A stretch of 64,000 nucleotides of DNA from Octopus vulgaris (lineage: Eukaryota). Both the position numbers and the translations under genes were made by a program. The notes under the pieces were generated by a model that saw only the letters and a program-made list of their open reading frames with translations, was not told the DNA's origin and ran no database searches. Each line of letters starts with the position of its first letter. The first letter of the stretch is position 1. Shown here one piece after another: positions 12,523 through 24,843 of the stretch. The DNA lies in NCBI GenBank assembly GCA_951406725.2, contig OX597823.1, positions 55,862,001-55,926,000 of the forward strand, written 5' to 3'.

Positions 12523-12546
12523 ATATTATTATTATTATTATTATTA

Positions 12547-12614
<68 letters not shown>

Positions 12615-12780
12615 CAGAGAAATTTAGCATGCATGAACTGTTTGGAAACCCGTCGTATATGATGTACTGGCAATTAAAAGGTCCACTCGGTCTTGTCCCT
12701 TACTATCTTATGCTGATTCTGGCTGAGATTTATCTGTAAAGGATATCCATACTTGTGGTATACAGAACCACGTACACAAA

Positions 12781-13411
12781 CAGGGGTTGGACAAAATAAT
12801 GGAAACACCGTAAAATTTCAAACAAATTTATTTCAATATGGTTTATTGAATTCTACGAGCTATAGACTAGTACAAATTTGAATTGTTTCCAAAGGAATTT
12901 TTGTCCATTCTTCAGCTAAGACAGTCTCCAGTTCTCGTAGTGATGATGGTGGAAGATATCGACTCTTTATTTCTTTTTCTTTGAGATCTGGTAATTGTCG
13001 TGGCCAGATAAGATGTTCAGCTTCACTAGAATGTTCCTCGTGCACTTCACTAACAAATTTAGCTGTGTGAATTGGTGCACTATCATCCTGAAAGATTGCG
13101 TTTACCTCTAGAAACGGTTCTGCAACCGTAGGATGAATTTGATCACATAAGATGCTTAAATAGTCTTGACTATTAATTCTGCAATGAAAGGATACCATTA
13201 GGCCGGCAGATTTCCAAGATATAGACCTCCAGATCATTACAGATCCTCCTCCTTGTTTAACAGTTGGAAGAAGGCAATCTGGGTCAAATTCTTCTTTTGA
13301 CTGTCTCCACACGTATACTCGGCCGGTGGTCGGAAATAAGGTAAAGGATGACTCGTCCGAGAAAATAACATTCTTCCGCTGCTTCAGTGACCAATTCTCT
13401 AGATTTTTACA
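12781..13411 (-). mobile_element. Tc1-like element, 3' half
   Basis: TIR caggggttggacaaaataatggaaacacc at 12781. ORF 12860-13312 has PTVKQGGGSVMIW and FQDDSAPIH. Closely similar to 16360-17044. Confidence 0.88.
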
Positions 13412-13413
13412 TT

Positions 13414-13560
13414 TGAAGACGACATAGTGCTATTCGGCCCATCAGAAGATGATCTCCAGAATGCATTGAATAGGTTCACTGCCGAGTGCTGCAAGGCAGG
13501 GATGGCAATTAGTGTCAGGAAGAGTAAGACATTGATTCTCTCAAGAAAGTCATCCTAGTG
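13414..13560 (+). mobile_element. Non-LTR RT fragment
   Basis: FEDDIVLFGPSEDDLQNALNRFTAECCKAGMAISVRKSK resembles RT motifs around YADD and the following region. Confidence 0.6.
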
Positions 13561-14322
13561 TACTCTGTATTAATACATGTATGTGTAAATTTGTGTGTGG
13601 AAGGAACAACTTTTCTTTCAAACATATTACCTTTGAAACACCTTTGAGTTCGCAGCGCATACATTTTATAAATGTTTTTTAATATTTCTTGCTTAGTCCT
13701 TCATGTCCAGTTTGGAATAATAGCGATTCAAGCTATATTATCGCCCATAGGTCTTCGCAGCTTCAACTTCCGAATGAAGTATATAATAGAGGAGATTTTA
13801 TTGCCGTATTTTGCTTGTAGACAGCAAGACAACGCAAATGTTAAATTTATCATAAGCAGTTGAAATATTTTTTATCGTGTTGCTTAATGCTTAACATGCT
13901 TTAAATTTCGTGCTTATATAATATATTCTTATCTACAATGTGTGCGTATTTAAGCATTTTATGACTAGAATGCTTTTCGTTCGTTTAGTACAATCATGGG
14001 CAACTTGCGGCGCGCAGGAGATTCTGAATGCTGCACCTAAAGAAAAATTACGTTGAATCTTTTAGTAATGCGGTTTGCCAGATGATGAGCCTTGTCTCAT
14101 GCAGTGCGATTTTCCACACAAACACACACTCATATGTGTGTTTGAATATGAGTGTGTATGTGTATGTATATATTTATGTATGTATAAAGACACACACATA
14201 TATATATAACCATATATATTTATCCATACCTATATACATATATATTTATATAACATTTGCTTGAATTCTTTTATATTATATATATGACATATATGCGTGT
14301 ATATGTATATATATATATATAT

Positions 14323-15180
14323 AGGGTGCGATGGGTAAATTGTCGCCATTTTATATTTTTTATTTCACGTATGCGCATTGTTTTTAATTTTATCAACTAC
14401 ACAGTAAGGTAAGGTCGATTGGGCACTGTCTATGAGAAACACAGCATAATGACGCAATTCACTCTGCCAGAAGTTTGGAAACGAGATGCTGTACTGCTTG
14501 GCATTCGTACCGCAAGCTCCAATACGAACGTTTCAGAGTGTTTGGGTGTCAATCTGAGGACAGCGCAATCGGAGGATATGTACTGAGAGTGATAAAATTC
14601 AGTCAACATCAGAGTGTTTAGAGTGAACACTAGTGATGGCGACGTTATGCCTCCATTCATCTTCCCAAACGGTCTCACATTCAACACAAAGGCCTACATC
14701 AAGTGCTTGGAGGATGTAGTGTGGCTCTGGGTCAAGAGGGTGGTTGCTGGAAGACCCTATGTCTGGCAAAAGGACTCTGTAACATGCTACAGAAGCAGAA
14801 GAATCCAGTAATGGCGAACACATCACACCTAACATCTGGCCACCTAACTCCCCAGATGCAACCTCACCTGATTATTACGTGTGTGTGTGGGGGGGGGCAG
14901 TTGAGCGAGAGACCAACAAAACTCCTTGTAGCATCAAAGATGAACTGAAGGCAAGGAGTATGGCAGCATTCACCAGCAAGGAGACCGTCCAGAAGAGTTG
15001 CATGGGATTCTGAAGTTGTCTAGAGGCTGTGGTTGAAGCCAATGGCGATTTTATTGAATAAATTTACTCTCTAGTATTTCGAGATATTTCTATGTAATTT
15101 TGGTAAATACATCTTTTAACATGTGACGTCAGTGTTACTTTCGTTTTTGCGAAATTTAGACGACAGTTTATTCACCACAT

Positions 15181-15183
<3 letters not shown>
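14323..15183 (+). mobile_element. DD37D (maT-type) Tc1/mariner element, internally deleted
   Basis: Imperfect TIRs (agggtgcgatgggtaaattgtcg / cgacagtttattcaccacatcct) within (TA)n. VMPPFIFP and RPYVWQKD motifs. Homologous to 38712-39555. Confidence 0.8.
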
Positions 15184-15246
<63 letters not shown>

Positions 15247-15770
15247 TACATACATACATACATACATACATACATACATACATACATACATACATACATA
15301 CATACATACATACATACATACGTACATACATACATATACATATATACATATACATACACATACGTACATAGATGCAACAAACATGCATACATACATGCAT
15401 GCAAACATGTGTGTGTGTAGGAATGTATATTTAAGTATGTACATATAAACGTACACACATGTAGAAGATTTGTTTGTAATTGTTTATTATGGAAACATTA
15501 ATGGATTTAAAAATAGTATTGCTCCCAACTGAACATAAAAGAAATGTGAAGAAAAAAAAACATTAATAAAGAAGATTAAACGCGAATAGAGACAAATCTT
15601 CAATGCAATTTTGAAACAAAAGCTATTCCCTTCATACATAAATATAAACGTATGTTTACTCACTCATACATACATTAAAGCGAATATATATTTTAAAGTA
15701 AATGGATCTCTGCTTTCATAATGAGTTTTCTCCTTCTTCGATCAACTGAACTACGTATACACTGCGTATA

Positions 15771-17040
15771 CAGGAGTTAGACAAAATGATGGAAACACCT
15801 GGCATCGCAGCATCATAATTTTGAAATATCTATAAAACCGACAAGAGCTTCTGTATGTTTATGTTTTTTTTTATTTATTTGTTGCTTGATATGTTTTGCT
15901 AAAATTGCTGTTTCTTTTCAGATATCATCAGAAAAAGGTAATTAAAATTCATTAAAATGACAGATCAATCGGACTTTCAAAGAGGTTGAATTGTTGGTGC
16001 TCGCATGGTTGGCACTAGCGTAACGAAAACAGCCGAAATGTTTGGTGTATCAAGAAGTACTGTCTCGAAAGTACTTCTGACAGCCTTTGAGATAGAGGGA
16101 AAAACCTCCTCGTCGAATCAAGACTCCGGAAGAAAACGAAAACTTTCAGATAGGGACCGTCGGACTCGTACGCGAATTGTTAGAAAGGATCACAAAAATA
16201 CAGCTCCCAAGATTACTGCAGAGCTCAATGACCACCAAGAGAACCCAGTTTCTACAAAAGCTGTTCGCCGGGAGCTGCAAGAAGCCGGATTTCACGAGAG
16301 AGCTATAATCAGAAAACCACTACTTTCAAAAACAACCGTTTCAAAGCGTTTAGAGTGGAGTAAAAATCTACAGAATTGATCCCTGAAGCAGCGGAAGAAT
16401 GTTATTTTCTCGGACGAGTCATCCTTTACCTTATTTCCGACCACCGGCCGAGTATGCGTTTCGAGACAGCCAAAAGAAGAATTTGACCCAGACTGCCTTC
16501 TTCCAACTGTTAAACGTGGATGATGATCTGTAATGATCTGGGGGTCTATATCTTGGAAATCCGCCGGCCTAATGGTATCCCTTCATTGCAGAATTAATAG
16601 TTAAGACTATTTAAGCATCTTATGTGATCAAATTCATCTTATGGTTGCGGAACTATTTCTAGAGGTATACGTAATCTTTCAGGATGATAGTGCACCAATT
16701 CACACAGCTAAGCTTGTTACTGAAGTGCACGAGGAACATTCTAGTGAAGTTGAACATCTTATCTGGCCACCACAGTTCCCAGATCTCAATATTATTGAAC
16801 ATTTCTGTTGCATTTTAGAAAAAGAAATAAGGAGTCGTTATCCTCCACCATCATCACTACGAGAACTGGATACTGTTTTAGCTGAAGAATTGACAAAAAT
16901 TCCTTTGGAAACAATTCAAATTTGTACGAGTCCATACCATGTAGAATTCAAGCTGTAATTACTGCCAAAGGCGGTCCTACCCCATATTCAAATAAATGTG
17001 TTTGAAATTTCAAGGTGTTTCCATTATTTTCTCCTCCAAC

Positions 17041-17044
<4 letters not shown>
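15771..17044 (+). mobile_element. Full-length but pseudogenised Tc1-like element (DD36E spacing)
   Basis: TIRs at both ends with TA flanks. Transposase starts at ATG 15957 with stops and frameshifts: HTH GTSVTKTAEMFGVSRSTVSKV, FSDES, FQDDSAPIH, PDLNIIE. Confidence 0.9.
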
Positions 17045-17120
<76 letters not shown>

Positions 17121-17224
17121 GGGAAAAGGACAAAATAAATGAAGACAGGACGAGTTCTTGAGGGATATGCCGAGGAATTGTTTGTCCTATGAACCAGTGA
17201 ACTAAACCCTTCCTATTCTTTATA

Positions 17225-17495
17225 TATATATGGTGGTTGTCTACTCCTTATGCAAAGTCTGACCACCTCCTGTACCTACACATTAGAAACATAATGGCAT
17301 CTGATATGACATTGTAAACCAGACACTTTTTTTAAGAGACACCCACTTGGATTGCATATCCGATTTGGACCACCAAGAGCTGCAGTTGAGCTCTGATCTT
17401 TGTGTATCTTAAAATGTCTTTTGAGGCCTCCGTTAGATTTGCAGACATTCTGGCATACATTGCATTGAAAGGTGTGCAGAGACATATAGGCTGAA
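17225..17495 (-). mobile_element. RTE-like LINE extreme 3' end with two C2H2-type fingers
   Basis: FQCNVCQNVCKSNGGLKRHFKIH plus a second, degenerate finger followed by a stop. C-terminal C2H2 fingers are known in RTE/BovB-like ORFs. Confidence 0.55.
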
Positions 17496-17504
17496 TAGTT
17501 GGTG

Positions 17505-17778
17505 GGTAAAGGGCCCTCTTCTGTTATGAATGACCATGGGATTGCACCTAGGAAATTACTCTCCGAGGCACAAGTCCGAGCAAGGTTGTTTATGGAAGAC
17601 CAGCAGTCGCCCATGCATAACATCCTCCTTTCTCCATGCAACTAACGTTGTCGCAGGGAAAGGCAAAGGCCTATACAGCTTGGCATCAGTAACGTCACAA
17701 CTCATTTCTACAGATGACTGAACTGGATCAACATGAAATAAAGTGTCTGGCTAAAGAACAGAACACACAGCCCAGTCC
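17505..17778 (-). mobile_element. SINE family D (5' truncated)
   Basis: Homologous to 41397-41640 (+) and 53217-53553 (-). Confidence 0.7.
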
Positions 17779-19481
17779 ATATATATATAAATATATAATT
17801 TTCTTTGAATATTTGTTGTGCGCCATCTAAGACTATCTCTTTCCTTTCCTTATTTCTCTTTTACTTTCTTCTCTCTGTCTTTCTCTCTTACCCTTTCTCT
17901 TACTCTCCTACTCTCCTACTCTCCTCCGTTTCTTCGGTCCCTCTGCCTTATACAACCTTTCGTCTCTCCAATACCACGCGAGCAGTGTCGACCTAAAGCG
18001 GAATCGTTCTTTTTCGGCCTGCCTTTGAGCAGACCGCTCACGCTCATCTGTGCTCCTCTCTGCCTGTCTTGAGTCTACTGTCCTTTAGGAAATTTTCCCA
18101 TTCTTCCTTTGCGTTACCCACATTTGTCTGTTTTATAGTAGTACGGCCTTTTTCTGTCGTATATGTATAGTTATTCTTTTTCTGATGTATATGTATAATT
18201 ATGTTTTGTATATGTATGTATATGTATAATTATTTTTGTTGTATACGTACAATTGCTACATTACTTTAGTTCTTGTCGTATACGTTAATTCGCTATTCCC
18301 GGTATCCTTCTGCTCTGGCGTTGCCAGGACGGAGAGGTATCAGTGTTAAAAGCGTGAAACCATTATGACCTCGCAGACATTGACTGACGAGTAATCAGCT
18401 ACGATTTTTCCGTGTACTATAATTTTGCCAAACTTTCCGTTTGTTACGTTTTTGTTAAACTTTTCAGTTTGTTGTGTTCTTTTTTATTCTATCCTTAATA
18501 TATATATATTCAATGCATATACAAGGATGATAGAAAAGTCAATGATCGGCAGTCTTTATTTAAAGTCACTACAATTGTTTTGTCACATTTTTACACGTGT
18601 AGTCATTGTTATCCATCCAAGGTGTAAAATGCACCCCCTCAGGTTGTTGTTTAAATAAATCCTTCGTTAGATCCTACCGTCATTTAACTCAGTGTGAGAA
18701 TGCATATCCAAAGTGATGTGGTGTCATTTTCAACAGTTTATTGACCAAATATACATATATGTATACGTGTGTGACTACGTGTGGATGCGGTGTATTTGTT
18801 ACCTAGATTACATATCAGAAAAAAAAAACACGTGCCTGGACGGGTGTATGATCTTCTTTGTCTGAATATCATATAGCCATTGTTTCATAGAGCTTCTTCT
18901 AATTAGGTTTCAGCACATTCTCCGGACACTTTAATTTTATTCATTTCTTTACGATTCGTTCATGACAAAAAGATTTATTCTCCTCTTCCTTTCAAACCCT
19001 AACGCTCTATTCACCAATATAATATATGGTGCATGGTTCTACAAATCGATTAAAATTCTACCAATAAATGTTGCTGCTATTCCTTCTATTCTGAATTGTA
19101 CTCTCATGTGAAAACTCACTTGACGTGATTGATTGGATGCGAGAAATGTTCAGTAGTAACTAGCATTTTTCAACATTTTATAATATAACGTAATATGACA
19201 AATGTGTGTGGTGTGTGTGTGTATACATGTATGATAAACATAATACACTCACACACACATATATATACATATATATATATATACTTATACATATGTATAT
19301 ACACATACATACATAGATAAATATATATATACACATATATATATATACATATACATACGTATATAATATGTATTTATGCATACATGTATGATATATATAT
19401 ATATATACATATATAATATATATACATACATACATATATACATATATATACATACATATATATATACATATATATACATAC

Positions 19482-19560
<79 letters not shown>

Positions 19561-20058
19561 TACACACATACCGCAAGAAATGCAAATTTTCTTCATTCAA
19601 AGTTACAGCAGAATGCTCTAAGGTGAATAAATTCATGTTCAAACGTTCAGAACTACAGTATAATAATAAACATGGATCTTAAAAGACAAAGGCATGCCTT
19701 TGTACATACGCATGCGCGTGCACACACACACACGCACCCACATACACATACGCAATCTCACAAACAAACACATACATTCATACACACATACAGGTATCCC
19801 TCGCGTTACGGCTACCTTAGGTTACGAAATTTCGGAAATTGTAATACATAACCAATAATTTCGGGATACGGTTTGTAATTTCCCTCTTGCGGAAACTCGG
19901 AGTGCCTAGTTTTAAATTGTTAACATTCTAAAATTACATTTCCCTCTTTGCTCAATGGTCACTTGCATTTTAGCTATGGCAAAGTATATACATAGTTAAC
20001 GATTTGAAAATATATCATGTTAATCACATACACACATGTATATTTAATGTATATATCG

Positions 20059-20115
<57 letters not shown>

Positions 20116-20705
20116 ATGTGTATGAATGTATGTGTGCTTGGGTGTTTCTATCATGGACACCAACATAACCAACAGCAGCAACAGCCGTTCAAGAATTTGG
20201 ACCTGGAGTTCTCCATTCCAGCGACTTCGAGGGCCACCTCCCAATGATGTCGGGCGTCAACGAAGAGCCCTCGACTACAACAAGACGACCAAAATTTTTT
20301 TTTTCCAAGGTCTGGGGTCCCCTACCCCTAAGCCCTAGACCATCACCTAATCACCCTTATCTGTCTTGTTGCTTAACAACAACAACAACAGCAGCAGCAA
20401 CAGTAGTACATAATATGAGAAAGATAAGCAGATATATTTTAAATAACTACATAAAGCAAGTTGAATAAAATGTCTTTGACCATAGGTCTCTGGGGATTGA
20501 CTTGAGAGTAAACAGCTACGACAATACAATTAGCAAGAACAATATGATCACCACACCACCAAAAATACCCGCCCACCATCACTAACATCTAAACCAACGG
20601 AACCCACATCATCACCACTATCAACCCACCAACATTTGAATCCAGCTGGCAACAAAAGATATCATCATGTATGCTAATATGTGTGTGACTGTAAGTGTAT
20701 GAAAG

Positions 20706-20838
20706 TAAAGGTAAATTTATCTTCTCGAGTCATGCTGACTCATAAGGGCCGGTTTCTCGGTTTCTTGGCGCATATATTCCCCCACTTGGACGGGTTACTT
20801 ATTTTGCCAGCTGAGTGGACTGGAGCTACGTGAAATGT
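20706..20838 (-). mobile_element. tRNA-SINE (family E), 3' part, split by a 4-kb insertion
   Basis: Continues at 24844-24950. Homologous to 29256-29450. gtgaaatgt is duplicated at both breakpoints. Confidence 0.65.
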
Positions 20839-20994
20839 AGTACATTATTTACAAAGTTGTTAACACAACGTTTCGGCTGATATACCCTCCAGCCTTCTTC
20901 ATGTGACTTGGGAAAATCTCGAACCTGGGTTCTCATTCCTAATGTATTTTTCGATGTTATTATTATTATTATTATTATTATTATCATTATTATT

Positions 20995-21590
20995 CTATGT
21001 TTGACTTTTGCTTTACATTTGTACAAGTTGGCTCCAAGTCTCACCCAGAGACCTCAAGAGACAACAGGCTGGAAGTTCATGTTGTTGTTATGTCTAGTGT
21101 GCCATATATTTGGTTTTGTATTTAGTGTTGTACTAGTGAATGTTTAAAAAATCATACGAAAATTATGTTTGTTTTAAAACTTGAGATTACATAGAAAGTA
21201 TTTTGCGTAGGATATGAGCAGTTCCCATGAGCACTATCTTTTGAATTTCTGCCATTTTGGGGTTTCCTAGTATCTGAGTTAGGTAGCAATCAGCCCCTTT
21301 TGCTATCATTCCCAGGGCACCTATGACAACAGGTATTGTTTTAGTCTTCAGGTTCCACATTTTGCTGATTTCTATTTCAAGATCTTTATATTTGTTCAGT
21401 TTTTGGTAGATCTTGACAGATACGTTTATATCGATTGGGACAGTCATATCAACGAGGTGGCATGTTATTTGTCTGAAGTCTTTCAATATGATGTCTGGCC
21501 TATTTGCATCTATCTTTCTGTCAGTTTGAATGGTGAAGTTCCAGAGGAGTGAGGTGTGGTCATTTTCAAGCACTAGAGGTGGTTTGTGTT
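20995..21590 (-). mobile_element. R4/Dong-type LINE 3' fragment (RLE domain + 3'UTR)
   Basis: ORF 21187-21573: LLWNFTIQTDRKIDANRPDIILKD...KLNKYKDL...TIPVVIGALG. Both ends abut (TAA)n. Confidence 0.85.
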
Positions 21591-21610
21591 TATTATTATT
21601 ATTATTATTA

Positions 21611-24533
21611 CTTTTTTTTCTTCTTTCAAATTTTCTTCCATTTCTTGCCGAGTGTCTTCCCGACTCCTAGGGCAAAGAAACTCATAGTGTATATTGGTAG
21701 GCCATTAAACCAAACTCAGAAGTTCGTTCATTTTTTTTTTTTTTTTTTTTTAAGTTAGATTAAAATACATGAGCAGCAACAGTTCTCACATCGACAATGC
21801 TCTTCTCAATACGTGTGATGTACCAGTTAAGACAATCTTTTGCACTTCTTGCAGGGATGGTAAGCCAGGGATCATTCTCATATAATTTTCGGTTCCCTTC
21901 TTGATCATTCCTAGTGCTCCTACGATCACTGGTATTGTAACCGCCTTGAGATGCCACATTTTCTCAATATCAATGTGTAGGTCTTTATATTTTCTGAGCT
22001 TGTCAAACTCTTTCGCTGAGATATTATGATCACAGGGGATGCTCATGTCGATCAATAAGCAAACTTTATTGTTTTGGTCTTTCACAACAATATCTGGTTT
22101 ATTGGCCTTGATGGTTCGGTCTGTATGTACTGGAAAGTCCCACAGAATGGTTACATTTTCTCCTTCAGTTACAGCCTCAGGGTGGTGATTATACCACTTG
22201 TCGGCAGTTTTGATATTGTAATGCCGACTTATTAGCCAGTGGAGATATTGGCCAACTCTGTCATGTCTTAATTTATACTCCACTGGTGCTAAGACTTTAC
22301 ATCCAGAGATTAGGTGGTCCACTGTTTCAATCATGTCGTTGCAGAATCGGCATTTTCGGTCTGCTCCATTTTTCATCACATTGGCCTGGTAGTTCCGGGT
22401 TAATAGGCTTTGGTCTTGAGCAGCCAGGATGAAACCTTCGCCCTCTGCTTTTAGCCCTGAGCTCCGCAGCCACTGATGGGTTTGCTTCTGGTCAACATCA
22501 GCTTGTTTGCTGCGGGTCACATATTTGCCGTGCAGAGGTTTCTCCTCCCACCTATCAGCCAATTGCTCGTGCGCTTTTTTCATTGCCATCATTTTCACCT
22601 TCTTTGCAACAATAGTTGCCGTACTTCCCTCGGGTTGTTCAGTTTGGGTATCCTGCACGAGATCAATAGCAAATTTTTTGCTTTCCTTGATGATAGAATG
22701 AAGCTTCTTTCGTCTCTCGTGATTTTCCACGAGCTTTAGCATCCAGTCATTCGATATTTCGAGATATTTGGCCAGTCCAATTGTGGTTGTTTTGTAAGCT
22801 AGTTCAAATTGGATCAGGCCTCGACCTCCTTGGGCTCTGGGAAGGTAAAGGCGATCTACGTCTGCCTTTGGGTGGTGCATCCTATTACAACTCAGCAGCT
22901 TGCGTATTTTTCTATCTATATTCTTTACTTCACTCATATTCCAGTTCAACACATTGTAGCTATAAGTAACAACTGGAACTGCTAAGGAATTTATAGCTAA
23001 CACCTTGTTACGTGCATTTAGTTCAGATTTCAGGACTGCACGAACTCTCCTATAACATTCCTTCCTGATTTTCTCTTTCATGCTTGCATGCTGAATACCA
23101 GAGCCTTCATTTATCCCTAAATATTTGTATGTCTGTTCTTGCTCAAGCTCTCTTATGACTGTGTCAACATCTAACACGACTGAATTTGTGGTCTTCACTT
23201 TCCCTTTCTGGAAAGTGGCCTTGGCACACTTCTCAAGTCCAAACTCCATCCCGATGTCATCGCTGAATGCTTTCACGGTGCGCAATAGGCCTTCAAGTTC
23301 ATTATTGTCTTTACCATAAAGTTTTAAGTCATCCATATAAAATAGATGGCTTATTTTTTTATTGGCGATTTTATACCCATACCCTGTTCTGTTTAATTCA
23401 CTTGTAAGGGGTATTAGGGCTATGCAGAATATTAAAGGTGAAAGTGAGTCACCTTGAAAAATTCCACAGTTGATGTTTATATTTTCTGAGGCAAGTACTC
23501 CATTAGAGTGGTATAATTGGAGATTCGTATTCCACAACGACATATTGTGCTTCAGGAAGTTTGAAATCACAGGGGAAATTTTGAAGATGTCCAGCGATCT
23601 CAAGATCCATGGATGCGGTATACTGTCGAAGGCCTTTTTATAGTCAATCCATGCGGTGCTGAGATTTCTGCGCTTGTTGTGACAGTTCTCAAGGATCATA
23701 CGATTGATTAGCAGTTGATCTTTGCATCCGTAAGAGCCTCGGCGGCACCCTTTTTGTTCAATGGGGAAAATATCGTTCTTCTCCATGAATGCATATGTTT
23801 TCTCCGCCAGGATAGATGTTAGGATTTTATACGTGGTGGATAGACAGGTTATAGGCCGATAGTTTTTTGGAAGGTTGGTTTCGTTATTCTTTGGGAGTAG
23901 GTAAGTAATGCCACTTGCTAACCATTCAGGTGTTTTCTTTGGGTCTCTCAAAATTCCATTGAGCAGCTGAACTAGCTTACCGTGTGCGCACGGGAGCGAT
24001 GCGAGCCAGAAATTCGGCACCCTATCTTTACCGGGGGATTTCCAATTATGGGCCTTCGTGAGTGCCTTTCTTAGGTCTGCTATTGTGATGTCTTCCCATG
24101 CTTGTTGTTGTAAATTTTGGTAGGATCCTTCAGTTTGTATAATCCAGTCTGCATTTATGTTGTACGTCTTCTTGTCACTCCAAATCCTTTCCCAAAAGTT
24201 TTGAACTTCTTCCATGGGAGTGGGGTCTTTAACGTTTACTTTCTCCTTCCCTATTTCTCTGTAGAATTTTTTGGCATTGGATGTGAACAGCTTATTTTGC
24301 TTGTAAAACTTGTTTCTCTTCTCAAATCTTCGTATTCTTTGGGCTTTTGCTTGGACTTTTTGTTTCAGCGTTTCTTTTATTGATATCAGTTCTTCTCTTG
24401 GTGAGGATCCAAATTTTCTCTTCATCTTTCTTCCTGTTCTGGATCTTACATCATTTCCACATATTAGTTAATTTAATATTGATATTTCCCCTCTCATAAA
24501 TTCAATCTCTTTTTCAATTTTACTTCTCCAGGT
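21611..24533 (-). mobile_element. R4/Dong-clade non-LTR retrotransposon, 5' truncated, inserted in (TAA)n
   Basis: (TAA)n at both ends (21590-21610 and 24537-24598). RT + CCHC + RLE ORF with a ~175-bp 3'UTR. Confidence 0.9.
21786..24425 (-). CDS. Reverse transcriptase with CCHC zinc knuckle and PD-(D/E)xK restriction-like endonuclease (879 aa)
   Basis: NYRPITCL, WIDYKKAFDS, GIFQGDSLSP, FYMDD, CRFC..ETVDHLISGC, RHD, KPDIVVKD, KYKDL. Frame continues upstream to ~24530 through one TAA stop. Confidence 0.93.
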   Translation of the reverse strand: MKRKFGSSPREELISIKETLKQKVQAKAQRIRRFEKRNKFYKQNKLFTSNAKKFYREIGKEKVNVKDPTPMEEVQNFWERIWSDKKTYNINADWIIQTEGSYQNLQQQAWEDITIADLRKALTKAHNWKSPGKDRVPNFWLASLPCAHGKLVQLLNGILRDPKKTPEWLASGITYLLPKNNETNLPKNYRPITCLSTTYKILTSILAEKTYAFMEKNDIFPIEQKGCRRGSYGCKDQLLINRMILENCHNKRRNLSTAWIDYKKAFDSIPHPWILRSLDIFKISPVISNFLKHNMSLWNTNLQLYHSNGVLASENININCGIFQGDSLSPLIFCIALIPLTSELNRTGYGYKIANKKISHLFYMDDLKLYGKDNNELEGLLRTVKAFSDDIGMEFGLEKCAKATFQKGKVKTTNSVVLDVDTVIRELEQEQTYKYLGINEGSGIQHASMKEKIRKECYRRVRAVLKSELNARNKVLAINSLAVPVVTYSYNVLNWNMSEVKNIDRKIRKLLSCNRMHHPKADVDRLYLPRAQGGRGLIQFELAYKTTTIGLAKYLEISNDWMLKLVENHERRKKLHSIIKESKKFAIDLVQDTQTEQPEGSTATIVAKKVKMMAMKKAHEQLADRWEEKPLHGKYVTRSKQADVDQKQTHQWLRSSGLKAEGEGFILAAQDQSLLTRNYQANVMKNGADRKCRFCNDMIETVDHLISGCKVLAPVEYKLRHDRVGQYLHWLISRHYNIKTADKWYNHHPEAVTEGENVTILWDFPVHTDRTIKANKPDIVVKDQNNKVCLLIDMSIPCDHNISAKEFDKLRKYKDLHIDIEKMWHLKAVTIPVIVGALGMIKKGTENYMRMIPGLPSLQEVQKIVLTGTSHVLRRALSM

Positions 24534-24536
24534 AAA

Positions 24537-24598
<62 letters not shown>

Positions 24599-24692
24599 CG
24601 TTCAGTAGTGTTATTTCTATAACGTGCTTTCACTTCACTACCGAGCTATTATTATTATTATTATTATTATTATCATCATCATTATTATTATT

Positions 24693-24760
24693 GTTCAGGA
24701 ATCGAACTCAGAATCTTGGGGTTAGTAGCCCGCGCTCTGAACCACTAAGCCATATGCCCG
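24693..24760 (-). mobile_element. Isolated tRNA-like SINE head
   Basis: gggcatatggcttagtggttcagagcgcgggctactaaccccaagattctgagttcgattcc has A and B boxes but no acceptor-stem 3' half. Confidence 0.6.
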
Positions 24761-24843
24761 TTGTGTTAACAACAAACAAGATGCGGACAAATATCTGTCG
24801 AATGTAAATAATGTAAATAATTTCTCATTTCTTAAATATAGAA

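Noticed and set aside
22476-24383. Plus-strand ORFs opposite the LINE
   Set aside because: Antisense shadows of the RT ORF.
24693-24760. tRNA gene
   Set aside because: It has A/B boxes but no 3' acceptor strand; it is a SINE head.
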